A DNA stretch of 64,000 nucleotides, taken from Octopus vulgaris. Lineage: Eukaryota. Below, piece by piece: positions 25,005-38,550 of the stretch. The translations under genes were made by a program, and so were the position numbers. How positions within the stretch are numbered: position 1 is the stretch's first letter; the number at the start of each line of letters is the position of its first letter. Below the pieces are notes generated by a model. It was given only the letters and a program-made list of their open reading frames with translations. It was not told where the DNA came from and did no database searches. Location: the NCBI GenBank assembly GCA_951406725.2, contig OX597836.1, positions 19,592,001-19,656,000 of the forward strand, given 5' to 3'.

Positions 25005-25166
25005 CAAAACAGAATACTTAGCATATAGAATGTTGTCTGGCCCTAATGGCCCTCTGCTAGTTAGGCAAAGCAGTCGGTGAAACATTAACATTAGGTTTCC
25101 ATAGAGGAGTAATGGTAAAGTAGAGTAGTGACATTCTTGCAGAAACTCTGCAAGTCAATAAGATTT

Positions 25167-25474
25167 GGTACTACTAGCGAACAGTGGTCCCAGTGTGTGC
25201 ACTCGCGCATCTGCGCACTAGCTAGTCATAAGTAGTCGATCCTACAATGACTTGTGCGTATGTTTGTATTTCAAGGCTGAATACACATCAAAGACAATTA
25301 AATAATATTTTTCAAACAAAGTAAATAAAACGCAAAGTAAACAATTATTTAAACTAAGTAAATAAATTATTTTTATAAACAAACTAAGGTTAGGGTTAAA
25401 AAGTCGTAGGATCGACTACTTACAACTAGCTAGCGCGGATGTGTGCACGAAGACCACTGTTCACTAGTAGTACC
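25167..25474. mobile_element. MITE with GG-starting TIRs and 8-bp TSD (Merlin-like)
   Basis: TIR GGTACTACTAGCGAACAGTGGTC; TSD TAAGATTT at 25159-25166 and 25475-25482. Confidence 0.85.
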
Positions 25475-25944
25475 TAAGATTTAACTGGCTTTTATTTCTA
25501 GAACATGTGTGTCACACATGAATGAAACAATGAAGGAGTTTCAATGTGATTGCTGGACATGCTAGAAATAACAGTTATATCTCCCTCAAACCACATCCTA
25601 ATGTGATAAAAAAAAAGGGGGGGGGGAGAAGATAATGGATGATGCAGTCCAAGAGAAACTGAATCCCAATAAAACAGACTGAATGATCATAGCTAAAGAG
25701 CATTTGATCATAAAGAACAAACCCGGAACTAAACCACATTTTAACATTCACTTTTCCATGTCTGTATGGATCAGACAGAGTTTATTGAGGCAGATTTTCT
25801 AGGGCCTGATGCCCTTCCAGTAGCTAACCCTCACCTGTTTCCAAACAAAGTAATATTGTCTATAGTCAGGCATATTTTTGTAAAATATCCAAAATGAATA
25901 ACACTTCTTGTATGACTGTGACACTCATTTAGAACTATCATGTG

Positions 25945-26492
25945 ATATCAAGGCAAAGATACCCACATACACACCTACATGTGTGTGTGCATCTATGTCT
26001 GTATGGATATAAAGGCAAAGACACCCACATACACACCTACATGTGTGAGTGCATCTATGTCTGTATGGATATCAAGGCAAAGATACTCACATACACACCT
26101 ACATGTGTGAGTGCATCTATGTCTGTATGGATATCAAGGCAAAGATACCCACATACACACCTACATGTGTGAGTGCATCTATGTCTGTATGGATATCAAG
26201 GCAAAGATACACACATACATGTGGGAGTGCATCTATGTCTGTATGGATATCAAAGCAAAGATACCCACATACACACCTACATGTGTGAGTGCATCTATGT
26301 CTGTATAGCTATCAAGGCAAAGATACCCACATACACACCTACATGTGTGAGTGCATCTATGTCTGTATGGATATCAAGGCAAAGATACCCATATACACAC
26401 CTACATGTGTGAGTGCATCTATGTCTGTATGGATATCAAGGCAAAGATACCCACATACACACCTACATGTGTGAGTGCACATATGTCTGTAT
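25945..26492 (+). repeat. Minisatellite, 62-bp unit, about 9 copies
   Basis: Unit gatatcaaggcaaagatacccacatacacacctacatgtgtgagtgcatctatgtctgtatg. Confidence 0.95.
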
Positions 26493-28159
26493 GTGCAATT
26501 TTTCCATCTGATTGATCCGCAATTTCCATAAAGGATTTTTTATTTATTTAGTTCTGAAGCCGACATTTGCTTTGAAGTCAGTTAGAAAGGTGCAAAGTGA
26601 AAGACACATTCACACACGCATGCACATACCCATTGACTTTCATGCCAATCAGTTGAATAGTGAAACACACGCTCACACAATGTATGTATGTATGTATAAA
26701 CATGCATATGAAAGGCAGTGGGTGTTAAACTTTATGTATTTGTATTCACTTACACAGGGACATACACCTATTCTCTCATATACACATATCTTTTTTTGCA
26801 TGTATGTACGTGTGTGCATAGGTACATGTATTTTTGTATATGTGTGTGCATATATATATATATATGTTTGTGTATACGTAAGTATATGCATGTATGTGTA
26901 TGTACCCTCTGTACCAGTCAGCAGCTGAGTACATTTCTCATTCACGTCACCATTTTCTTTTTTTTTTGTTTCTCGATATACTAAAAATCTTTTTTACAAT
27001 TATATATGTGTGTGTGAGAATACAACTGCACACACACACACACACATGTACATCCATTATCTTTCGTATACACGTACGTACATAAATGATGGGTACACTG
27101 GGCTTCGTATATTTGTACCCAAGTGTCACTTTGATGGTATGTGCTGCATTCTCACTCAATAATAATAATAATCCTTTCTACTGTAGGCACAAAGCCTGTA
27201 AATTTGGGGAAAGGGATAGTCGATTACATCGACCCCAGTACATAACTGGTACTTATTTCATCGACCCCGAAAGGATGAAAGGCAAAGTAGACCTCGGTGG
27301 TATTTGAACTCAGAATGTAGCAACAGGTGAAATACTGCTAAGCATTTTGTCCAGCATGCTAGCAATTCTGCCAGCTTGCCACCTTATAATAAAAATAATA
27401 ATAATAATAATAATAATCCTTTCTACTAGGGAGGCAACTAGTAGATTACATCAATCCCAGTTTTTCTCTGGTACTTAATTTATCGACTCCGAAAGGATGA
27501 AATGCAAAGTCACCCTTGGCAGAATTTGAATTCAGAACGTAGCAACAGGTGAAATACTGCTAGGCATTTTGCCCAGTGTGCTAACGATTCTCCTAGCTTG
27601 CTGCTTTAATAATAAATGCCTTGATGCAGTACCAGGCAGTGGCTCGCATAGCTTTTGATCTTAACTGATTGGAAGTGTCATCATGTACATTGTTTTGTCT
27701 TGGTATAAAAGATGGGCTACAGCAAATATTCTGCTCAATACCACAGATTTGCTTGTCAGTTGCTTGATCGTAACCAGTTGACCATGTCCCTTAGTGGCTG
27801 ACGATATGTGCATCTCTGACCATGAGCAGAAGTAGTGGGGGAGCATCATAGCCATGTGTTGAAAGGAATTCTTTGGGGTTTGAATAATTCCCCTGTGGAA
27901 ACATGGGTGTTTCGTTCATCATCTTTAAACAAACCTTATTCAGGGACCTTTTGAGCAGTATGGGCTACTCGACCAGAAGAAAATTCTAACTGGGCCCCAC
28001 CTGCAAGGTCATGTGCTATTTATCTTGATAGGAGATCACCATGTCCTGCACATATGGTTGTGATGCATGTGCCTGGTGTACCTTTATCAGATGAGTAGTC
28101 ATGATGGGTATACTGGGCTTCGAATATTTGTACCCCAGTGTCTCTTAGATGGCACGTGC

Positions 28160-29212
28160 TCAAACCTAGCATTGATGCAAAAAACATCAAACAAAAAGCA
28201 AAGAAGGCTTGCATGAATAATATCGAAGACAACTAGAAAGGCAAACTACTGCACGGAAAATACCCTAGTCACCTGTCCAAACCAGATATTGATCAAAATC
28301 TAACACACCAATGGTTATAAAAGACAGGGGAAACAGAAAGTTTTGTTATTGCAGTGCAAGATCAGAGCTTACCTACCAGAAACTACCATGCAAACGTCTG
28401 ACCCCTCATGCGGAATTTGCAGGAAAATTCAAAGAGACATGCTGTTTCTGGCTGCCTTGCTGAAAAGGAGCACCTCATAAGATATGACAGACTAGGGCAG
28501 TACATACACTGGAATGCTTGTAAATACTACAAAATCAAATCCCATGATAAGTGGTACAGGCACCATCCAGAGGATGTAGTAAATAGCAAGGGCGTCACCA
28601 TTCTTTGGAACTTTCCAATTCAAACAGACAGAAAATTGACTCCAATCTCCCAGACATTGTGGTCAAGGACTACAATGGAGGAACTTGTCTGTTAATAGAT
28701 ATGTCTGTCTGTCCCACAAGATCAAAATGTCTCAAGGAAGAAATACGAAAAGCTTTCTCACTATAAAGATCTGCAAATCGAAATCACAAAAATGTGGAAG
28801 CTTAGTACTACGATAACACCAGTAGTAATTAGTGCATCGGGAATGATAAATAAGGGAGCTGAGAAGTATATTAAGCAACTCCCTGGTAACTCTAAATCTC
28901 TGTGAATTACAAACGATAACCTTGATGGGTACAACTCATATAGTACGGAAAGCACTCTCCGTCTAAAATGGAATAAATGTGGTGATAATTTTTGGCATGC
29001 ATAGCAAAACAAAAGTGTCCCTGCTACTATTGATCTCCGGAGGATGCCCGGTACTAAGTTTCGCACTGGGGTCGATGTAATCGACTTCATACCTATGTCT
29101 GTCCTTGTTTGTACCCTCTATGTTTAGCCCCTTGTGGGTAATAAAGAAATAGGTACTAAGGCAGCTGGAATAAAGTTATAACGAAAGGAAACCATAAATA
29201 ATAATAATAATG
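28160..29212 (+). mobile_element. R4/Dong-like LINE 3' fragment (zinc knuckle and restriction-like endonuclease), degraded, with (AAT)n tail
   Basis: LHGKY...QDQSLPTRNY, C-x2-C...H-x4-C, TILWNFPIQTDR, PDIVV and KDLQIEITKMW motifs with frameshifts; a SINE piece is inserted near 29050-29155. Confidence 0.8.
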
Positions 29213-29750
29213 ATACCTATCTCTTTATGTATGTAACTATTTATATATACCAGGTAAATGACAGAAAGTAAAATATTGATATAGCTTTTGTTTTATCGTT
29301 ACAGTGTAAGAAGATACAACTTCTTGTACAAGTTGTACATAGAAATACATCGAAATACAATGAATTCTGCAGAATGAATGAGGATGATGGTAACCATGAT
29401 GACTGTTATTACTCGTGAGTGCACCAAACTACAGCTGAAGAAACTTCCGCTGTGCAAGTTGTGTGTGCACTTGTGCATTATTATGTACCAGATAAACATC
29501 AGGAAAAATGGTTTACGGACCTGATAGATAGATAGATAGATAGATCAAGGAGTGTGAGCGTCGTGTGTCTGGTGTTATATAATGTGTTTGTCATTTGACT
29601 GCGGCCATGAGGGTACACACATGTGGGTGAGTGTATGCATAATTCTTAGAAGTTGGTTGTTATGGCCGGTCTGAGAGTGACCGTTGGTTTCACATCTATA
29701 AAGCGCTTAGCCGTATAGGCGACTCGAAAGTCTCAAATGCCCGAATGCGC

Positions 29751-29876
<126 letters not shown>

Positions 29877-29952
29877 CAAAAAAATTCTAGAAAAAATTCT
29901 CCGCTACCAGCGGTCTAGTGAGAAAGGCCTATCAGGGCCATTCCTTATATTG

Positions 29953-29999
<47 letters not shown>

Positions 30000-30076
30000 T
30001 ATGTATATATATTTCGTTTTTGGATTTGGTTTGCAAGATTCTTTATATGAGAAAATGTCTCTCCCCAGACACAACA

Positions 30077-30141
<65 letters not shown>

Positions 30142-30299
30142 CACACGCACGCACACACATACAGAGAGATTTATATAAGCCTATATATACATCATCGAAA
30201 GTTTGTGTGTGTGTGTATATATATATACATGTAGATGTCGGTACGTACATATATGTTTGTATGTATGCATATATTTTATTTATTACACTATATATATAT

Positions 30300-30960
30300 A
30301 TATATATATCCTATCTGGTTCTCTAGCGACGATGCCAACTCGCCGTAAGTGTGTGTGTGAATGTAGTGTCTGTGCGTGTCCTACGACAGGGACACAACGC
30401 CTTTAGGCCTTTAGTAATAGGAATTCATTATATATATACATTAACCTGCATCTATAATATATAGACACATTTTATATACATACATATATACACGAATATA
30501 AACACGATGTAAAGAGCGAGAAGTGTATATACATTACCATGAAAACTGTCAATGTTTGAATGTAGAATGTAGTAAATATATATTCTCTCCTGTGGTGTAT
30601 AGTTTGGTTGTTTATGATTAAATATTTGAATAAAGGAGGAACTCAATTAATGCAGAGTCGTCTTCGTCTTCGTCGTCCTGGATGGAGATGAACGCCGGAG
30701 CATTTTTTCCCAGTCCACCGTAGAGGTCAGCGAGTGTCGTCGTCGTTGAGAGGAGCAACAGTTTTTAAAATATGCTCGTAAATCACACAAGGAAGAGAGA
30801 AGGAAACTGAGAGGACGAAACTAAAAGGGGGGGAAAAAATGGAAAATTTTGTTGTTGTTTTTTGGTTTTCACTCAGAGTTATCTCCCCTGACCTCCTATT
30901 GATTAATTATCTGTTAATTAACAATTCTTGTCTTATATACCCCCTCTTCCTCCCACGCTA
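30300..30960 (-). promoter_or_regulatory. Candidate promoter / first non-coding exon region for GPD2
   Basis: Non-repetitive stretch locally enriched in CpG, lying between the GPD2 ATG exon and the lamin 3' end. Positional inference only. Confidence 0.3.
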
Positions 30961-31025
30961 AACTAAAACTATTTCATTATACGTCCTTGACATTGTGTTT
31001 GACAAGCTGTTTTAATTGTGGAGAC

Positions 31026-31285
31026 GGGGTTTTTTTCCTTTTTTGAACGGCACATGTCAACGCAATTTCTAGTTAACTTAAACACTTTTAAACTTCGTAT
31101 ACTGGTAGAATGTGTCAAAATAAAACATTTTTTTCTCTTGGCTTTCTTGAGAAAATTGTAATTTGTTTGTTTAACGTAGTTTAATTTTTCGAATTTTAAC
31201 CAATGAATCGCCTCTAAATTGAGCTAAAATCATTTGCTGCGTCTAAAACTGAGACAACTAACCCTAACCCTAACCCTAAATTTTT
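31026..31285. mobile_element. Truncated relative of the 34460-34875 MITE
   Basis: ttgaacggca...atttctag...gtagaatgtgt...ttctcttggctt matches its reverse complement; (CCCTAA)3. Confidence 0.7.
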
Positions 31286-31339
31286 TTTCTTAATTGTTAT
31301 CCTTAAATTAATTTAACAATTAAGAAAAAAAAAAAATTA

Positions 31340-31885
31340 GGAAGCATGGAAGTTTTGAAGGATGCAATGCTCCGACAACTAACAACTGATGCCGGCAGTT
31401 TGTTCCATGCTTCAGCAACTCTTAGCGTGAAAAAATGTTTCCGAAAGTCATGGGAGCTGTGCTGTTTTCTGACTTTGTAAACATGCCAAACTTTGGCATC
31501 GAGAGTTACACAAATGCTAGAACTGGGTGCCACTGCATAGTGCCAAGGACTCCAAATTTGCCATCAAGATGTAGGACAAGATACTGTGATAACCTGGGCT
31601 TCAGAGGCCCACAGCTCTTCAATATCCTCCCGAAGAACCTGAGAGACCTGCATGGGGTGGATGCAGATGTCTTTAAAATAAAACTGGATCTCTTCCTGTC
31701 AGGTGTCCCAGACGAACCAACTTCATGGCAGGAGGTGCAGATGAGGGCAGCTGCATCGAACTCTCTCATGCACCAAATGGCAATTGCTAAAAAGCATTCG
31801 AAAAGTAAAATCCTGTAGCAACATCAAATGGTGGTGCCCCAGCATGGCCACAGCTCATGAGCTGAAACTAGATAAAATAAAATAA
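31340..31885. mobile_element. Two abutting CR1-like 3' fragments in opposite orientation
   Basis: Minus strand FFTLRVAEAWNKLP (31340-31482); plus strand GPQLFNILPKNLRD...FKIKLDLFLSGVPDEP (31483-31885). Confidence 0.8.
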
Positions 31886-32910
31886 ATGTCCACGGGTGTT
31901 AGACAGGTGGTGTTTGAAAAGGTGATCAGAGTTATTGTTAGTAAGATGGTTAATAATTTTATGGGTGTCTGCCAAGTCAGCTGCCAGACGTCGGACAACA
32001 GGCCTGAATTTGTTGCATTAAAGGATATGTTGTCATCAAAGGGTTGCAGAGGAACTGAGACACCTACTTATAGTCCAGCATCCAATGGCACTGCTGAAAG
32101 GGTTGTACAAGATGTGAAAGCTGCACTGAAGCATTTTGATTCAAAGACAGGGAATTTCGGCAAATACTTCAACAAAATTTTCTTCAACCATTGGAGTGCC
32201 TCAGGTGGTTGTTAAGTTAAGTTAATTTTTTGGCTCAAAAAGCAAAAAGCAAGGCCATGTAGGGGGACATGGAGTTATGTACAGGGTGGTGTTCATGTAA
32301 AGAGTTCAGGCCATTTGTGGTCAAGGGAGACTTTGAACCGAGCGGTCGTCGGCATCTTCACTATCTCGTCCGGCAGCTTATTCCACGGATCCGCAACCCG
32401 GACGGAGAAATCTCCTCTCCTTCGATTGAGATGAAATCGTCGTAGATAGAGCTTTTCGGAGTGACCCCGCAGCCGACGCTCTGGAGCAGGAGTGAAGAAC
32501 AGCTCTTTCGAGAGGTTACACTTTCCACTTATGATGTTGTGAGCAAGAATGAGATCACCACGGCGTTGTCGTTTTTCTAGAGAATAAAGGTCGAGCGTCT
32601 TCAGCCTTTCTTCATAAGACAAATGCTTGAGACCAAATTGTAAATTATCACTTGCCAAAAAGTTAATGAAAAGACCATTGAGGGTTACTGTAAACCCATT
32701 CTTTGAAATAGGTGAAGATGTAATGCACAAAACCATGTTCGACAAGGTTGCATCCAAGGTAAAATATGTGAAACATGCTGGAAAGAATTCTGCATTGATT
32801 AAGAAGGAGGGTTTCCCACTGCAAATAGTAGAAGTTGAGCAACTGGCCCTGCTAAATACCCAGGAACCAGAACTAGAATTGAGCACAACACCTGGCACAA
32901 TGGTTCACAC
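31886..32910 (+). mobile_element. Gypsy-like integrase relic split by a CR1 insertion
   Basis: SDNRPEF...PTYSPASNGTAERVVQDVK integrase core; probable continuation at 32627-32910. Confidence 0.65.
32213..32628 (-). mobile_element. CR1-like LINE 3' fragment
   Basis: HLSYEERLKTLDLYSLEKRQRRGDLI...LRGHSEKL...FSVRVADPWNKLP. Confidence 0.88.
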
Positions 32911-33495
32911 TGAGCTAGCAGAATGGTTAGCACGCTGGGCGAAATGTGTAGCTGTATTTCGTCTGCCGTTACGTTCTGAGTTCAAATTCCGCCGAGGTTG
33001 ACTTTGCCTTTCATCCTTTTGGGGTCAATTAAATAAGTACCAGTTACGCACTGGGGTAGATATAATCGACTTAATCCGTTTGTCTGTCCTTGTTTGTCCT
33101 CTCTGTGTTTAGCCCCTTGTGGGTAGTAAAGAAATAGGTATCCTAATATACATATAGAAATCTCAAAGGAAATCTTGTGCAAGCATGCAGAAATCATGAG
33201 ATGAAAGATGAATGAACTGGCAGCCATAAAAGGGGTGATACCGCTACACATGTGAAAGATGATGTTAGGAACTGCACAGCGTGGCCCTTGGAAGTGAGCT
33301 GTGTAACTTGTAGTTATGAACTTCAATATATTTTCTGAGTGAAACACAATAATATCTATTTCAAGATCCCCTTAAAATGATTTATTTTACGTTGCTATTT
33401 TATTCCATGGAAACCCTTCAGTCAAGTGGCTAATTGTATTAGAGAAATTCATTTATTGACATATTTGACTTCCACTAAAGATCTTAGGCATTTGA

Positions 33496-33715
33496 CCCTT
33501 TAGCGTTCAAATTAATATGTCAAAAGTAATCTTTATTCATTTACATTTTAAAAAATTAATCTGGTATTATCTTGTAGCTTCAACATTTGAAAGATGTAGT
33601 TGTTTATTTTTAGAATGACATTGCAGGGTAGGTGTGAGATACTGGTTCTGGCCAGTTTGAGCATAAAATGAGTAGAATATTTGGGCCGGATATAGCCAGT
33701 TTAAACACTAAAGGG
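33496..33715 (+). mobile_element. piggyBac-type MITE family B (further copies at about 59041-59261 and 60187-60403)
   Basis: CCCTTTAG...CTAAAGGG|TTAA; internal sequence shared among the three copies. Confidence 0.75.
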
Positions 33716-34459
33716 TTAAGCTAGAATGTCTTTTGCAGTCATTGACTTGTTAAAAATGCCAGTCAACAACCCTCCATGAAACCACACCCTTTCCATTTCA
33801 AAAAAAAAAAGAAAGAAAGAAAAAAGAATTTATTGGATAATGTAGTTGACTGTGTCTAGAAGTAAAGAAGGGATCGCCACAGTTAGAGCCCCTATCAAAG
33901 CTGACTTGCTGCTAAATAACAAAATCAATATTTAAGTTGCTATTGTAAGGTGAATATATCCTTTACTATTGAATTAAGTCAGGCGTGAAGCGTCGGTTTA
34001 TTTCACTCAAGCAGCTAATTCTCGTTCAGTGTCATGCCCAGAGTTTATAATTATTTACATTCCCCCCTGTTGACAAGATTATTTACTGCCTGTCATGGTT
34101 AAATTTATCTTTCACTTTATCTGAGGGCGATAAAATAAAGTACCAGTTGAGTACTAAGAGCAATGTCATCGTCAATGCCCCACAATTCACTAGTTTGTGA
34201 CCTTGTGCCTGTGTTAGAAATCAATAAACCAGAGCATGACTTACTAGTTGATAATTTTGCTTCACAATTAGGATATCAAATCGACTTCTACCATTGTGAA
34301 GGAAAAATTGGGTTGACGATAGATTACTGCTGTTGTATAGTAATCAAAAACATTTCTAGGTTAACTTGCTATACAAATAATGACTGTCTTTTGTTTTTTG
34401 TTATAATAGTTGCTTCTTTCACAATACAATTCAAAACATATATGTAGGCTTTGTACCGC

Positions 34460-34875
34460 GGATCATTTCGGTTTGAACGGCAGTTTTTTCTAGCAGTGTC
34501 ATATGAAATTGTCACCCATGATTATGACCCTAGTATCGATCTATTGCATTTCAATCTGTTTTAGGGTTAGGGTTAGGGTGGGGGAAGGGTATCTTCTTTT
34601 CTTCACAAATGTAAATAAACCCAATCTGTTTCTTAAACGAGGGACATATTCATACGGCACAGAATGTTTTTTTACCTCAATAGACGTCAGTGATTGGTTG
34701 AAATTGCAGAAATTGAAGAAAAGAAACAACAAATATCTTACAAACTATAGAATTTTCCCAATAAAGCCAAGAGAAAAAGATGTTTTATAAACACATTCTA
34801 CCTGTATACAAAGTTTAAAATTTTTTAGTTACCTAGAAATTATGCTAAAAACTGCCGTTCAAACCGAAAAGATCC
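34460..34875. mobile_element. MITE with GG-starting TIRs and 8-bp TSD (Merlin-like)
   Basis: TIR GGATC(A/T)TTTCGGTTTGAACGGCAGTTTT; TSD TGTACCGC at 34452-34459 and 34876-34883; internal (TTAGGG)3. Confidence 0.88.
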
Positions 34876-35059
34876 TGTACCGCATATTTATAGATGACTA
34901 TGATGAACAAGAGGGAGCTGAACACCAATCCTTGGTGAACCCTTACTTATACCCTGAATTCTTTGCTGTACTCATTGCCCACCCTCACCTTACTGGTAGT
35001 GTCCCTGTTGGCTCTCACCAGCCACTCGTCTATCCCTAGTTTCTGCATGGGCCACCAGA

Positions 35060-36130
35060 TAAGGGATCAGGTTACTCTGTCAAAAGCTTTCTTCAAGTCA
35101 ACAAAATCCAAGTTTATCTTTGGCTAGGTATTTCTCCTGCAGTTGCCTTACCAGAGATATAGCATCAGTGGTGCTTTTCTCTGGCACAAAACCAAACTGC
35201 ATCTCATCTAGACTGACTCTCCCTAATTAGTTGGGCTATGACTCTCTCTCTCTGTAACTTTCTTCATCTGATCCAGCAATTTGATACCTCTAATTATTTC
35301 TAAGGCATCATCTTTAACTTTGTAGCAGTTGACTATGATGCTGCTACACCAGTCATTGGGTATGACTCCTTCACGAACCACCTGATTTACAAAACAGGTA
35401 ACTAGACCGTAATCCACACTGCCAGATATTTTAAGCATCTCAGCGGTGATTCCTGATGGCCTGGGGGCTTTCCTTGTCTTCAAATCCTTAATTGCTTTAT
35501 CTGCCAGGGTACTGTTGATTCAGAAAGCTGGTCCCTCAATTAGGTCAACATTTGGCAGATTCTCCTCCTCCCATTCATCCTCCATGTTCAGCAGTCTTTC
35601 ATAATGGCATCTCCAAGCCACTCTCCTCATAAGCAAGTGCACCATCATCCATGCAGACACATTTCTCCCCTATAACATCACAATTTTCTTTCACACACTG
35701 TCTTGCAATCCAAAATACTTCAGTTCTTTGGTCCTCATGACACTGAACATAGGCAAACTTCTTTTCTGCTTCTCCCTTGGCTAGATATACCTGTCTCCTA
35801 GCTTCTCTTCTGATACAGTTACCTGCAGCCTCCACTCTTCCAGGCCTGTTTCTTTACTCTAATGGCCCTGTCTACTGTATTGTTTCATCACTACATTACT
35901 GTAGGTCTGGAAGGAAATTTGCACCATCCACAGATTTGGTCTGTGGCACTCAGCAAGCTGTCTACACAAAAATTTCCAGTTACCCTCTATATCACAAGTT
36001 TGTAGCTCCCCCTGCCCCTCACTGAATTTCTCTATTAGGATGTTCCTAAATTTCTGACCATATGAAGGTCCTTAAGCTTCCAAATCCTTCTTTTCCAGAT
36101 TGGTCTGCTTCTTGGCATCCTTCTAGCCTA
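35060..36130 (-). mobile_element. Degraded RTE internal fragment
   Basis: KAPRPSGITAEMLKISGSV...IPNDWCSS and REARRQVYLAKGEAE match the 12.7-15.7 kb ORF, with frameshifts. Confidence 0.88.
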
Positions 36131-36239
36131 TAAAGTTGACACCTTGGGCCATTACTGTTCATAATAGCCCTCTTAGACATGCCTACAGTATAGTCACCAC
36201 TAAAACCTTCCCAGATATCATACCATGGGGTTTCCTGTG

Positions 36240-37470
36240 AGGAAGCCATCTTTTTTGGAAGAGGGATCTTATCTTGTGGCATACACAAGCTGTTTCTTTG
36301 GCAAACTTAAAGAAATCTTTAGGGTTTGACTTTATATTTTCTATAACCCAAGCATCTTTATCTGCTCTCTCTCCTGTTCATGAGACTGATGCAGTCTTTG
36401 TCCGTCGTCTCATAATAATCTTCCTTACCCTAGGGATCCTATTTTTGTGTATGTTGACCTTGCACAATAGGACAGATTTGTCGCATATGGCTTGCATTAT
36501 GAACAAGAAACGTTTGTGTTTCATGTCAATGCCTGGTGTGGAGAGACATTTAGGCCAATCCTGTTTCAGGATCTCTTTCTCAATCAAATTCCAATTTGCT
36601 TTATGAAAATTCAATTTGGAGAGAGGCTGTGCATCTGCAGGGGCTTTTGGCCCATACATAGACAACTCTATTATGTTGTGGTGTGAAACCAGCATCAGTG
36701 TAACTTTAACATTGTGGATAATGTCCATATTATTTGTGAAGCAGAGATCCAGTATATTATTTATCCTGGTTGGTTGTAGCAGTTTGCTCCATGAAAGAAG
36801 CATTGGTAAGGTGGGGCAGGGACTCCACCTATGCTTGCTGGTGGTTTCATTCCTGGGAGCATTTAGCCCCCAGGCCATCCCACATTGGGGAAGTTAAAGT
36901 CACCCAAAAGGAATACTCTGATGTGTTGTTCCAGTTTGGTGAGAACTATCTTTGCTAGGCAGCCTTCAAACTTACCTGTATGACTTGGAGCATCCGGTGA
37001 GCGATATGTGATACGTATAACAATATTAAGTTGTTTTATGTGTACAGTTTGAGTGTCACACACCGAATTTGAATATGACAATAGGACCTGGGGCATGAGG
37101 TCCTCTTGGGTGTACACAGCAACTCCACCATGGCTCGCCTCCTTTCTGCCTGAATGTATGACAACATAGTGTGGTATGTGTATTTCTGCATCCCCTATGT
37201 CAGGTCTAAGATGCGTTTCTACAAGTGCCATGCATAAAGCTTGATTGCATGCCGCAAGGTCACTCAGAAATGAGATTTTTGTTTTACAGTTGTCATGCAA
37301 CAGCCCTCTTATATTCAGAAGAAATATTTTTGTGATGTGTGTGTTGATGTTAGTAGTCCCAGGTTTGTGTTTAAAACCAGGTCAGTTGCTGGACAATCCT
37401 TTGTGCCATGCACAAAAAAAGATTGCTGTTCAGCTGGAGATACATTCATTAAACTGTGGCCCTGCCTTGA
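36240..37470 (-). mobile_element. Degraded CR1/L2-group LINE endonuclease region
   Basis: ETHL, GGVAVY, YRSP, LGDFNFPNVGW, PTRINNILDLCFTN and NFHKANW motifs across frameshifts. Confidence 0.82.
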
Positions 37471-38166
37471 AGAAGTTTTAGTGAAATGAATCAACCACAC
37501 TACTTATTTTTTTTCTCTTTTAAGCCAGATTCTTGTATTGGTCTCTTGCCAACTAAGCCACAAGGACACAAACACATTAACACCAGTTGTCAAATGATGT
37601 TGAGGTGTCAATCACACACACACACACACACATATGACAGGCTTCTTTCAGCTTTCATCTACCAAATCCACTCACAAGGCTTTGGTCAGCCTGAGGTTAT
37701 AGAAGACACTTGCCCAAGATGCCATGCAGTCAGACTGAACCAGGAACTATGTGGTTGAGAAGCAAACTTCTTACCACACAGCCATGCCTGCATATATATA
37801 TATATATATATATCAAGCAGTTTCTTTGAGTTTTTATCTACTAAATACATTGACAAGGCTTTTGGTCAGTTTAGTGCTATATAGTTGAAGACATTTGCCC
37901 AAGGTGCTATGCAGAGGAACTGAACCCGAAACCATGTGGTTAGGAGGCAAACATCTTCACCACACTGCCATACTGGTGCCTATGAATATAGGTGCAGGTA
38001 TGCTGTGGCAAAAAGTTTGCTTCCCAACTATGTGGTTTCTTGTTCAGTACTTTTTGCATGGCAGCTCGGTCAAAGTGTTTTCTACTATAGGTTCAGGTCA
38101 ACCAAAGCCTTGTGGAACTGGTAATGGAAACTGAAAGAAGCCCATTAAGTGTGAGTATTTGCAAAG

Positions 38167-38550
38167 AACTGTTGAGGCAAGTGAAATCAAAATCGATCAA
38201 AATCTATGGAAATTGCAGTTGTGATACCAGTGCCGGTGGCACATAAAAAGATCCACCCAAACGTGGCCGTTGCCAGCCCCGCCTCGACTGGCCTCCGTGC
38301 TGGTGGCACATAAAAAGCACCAACCGATCATGGCCATTGCCAGCCTCGCCTGGCACCTGTGCCAGTGGCACGTAAAAAGCACCCACTACACTCATGGAGT
38401 GGTTGGCGTTAGGAAGGGCATCAAGCTGTAGAAACACTGCCAGATCAAGACTGGAGCCTGGTGCAGCCTCCTGGCTTCTCAGACCCCATTTGAACCGTCC
38501 AACCCATGCTAGCATGGAAAGCAGACGTTAAACGATGATGATGATGATGA
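38167..38550 (+). mobile_element. RTE 3'-tail copy
   Basis: Highly similar to 16220-16499; ends in (GAT)n. Confidence 0.88.

Noticed and set aside
29904-30250. ORFs rich in YI/HT/CV repeats (also at 185-407, 12343-12691, 25942-26474 and 40844-41125)
   Set aside because: These are translations of microsatellites and minisatellites.
31261-31279. Interstitial telomere or chromosome fusion site
   Set aside because: Only three units, located inside a MITE family.
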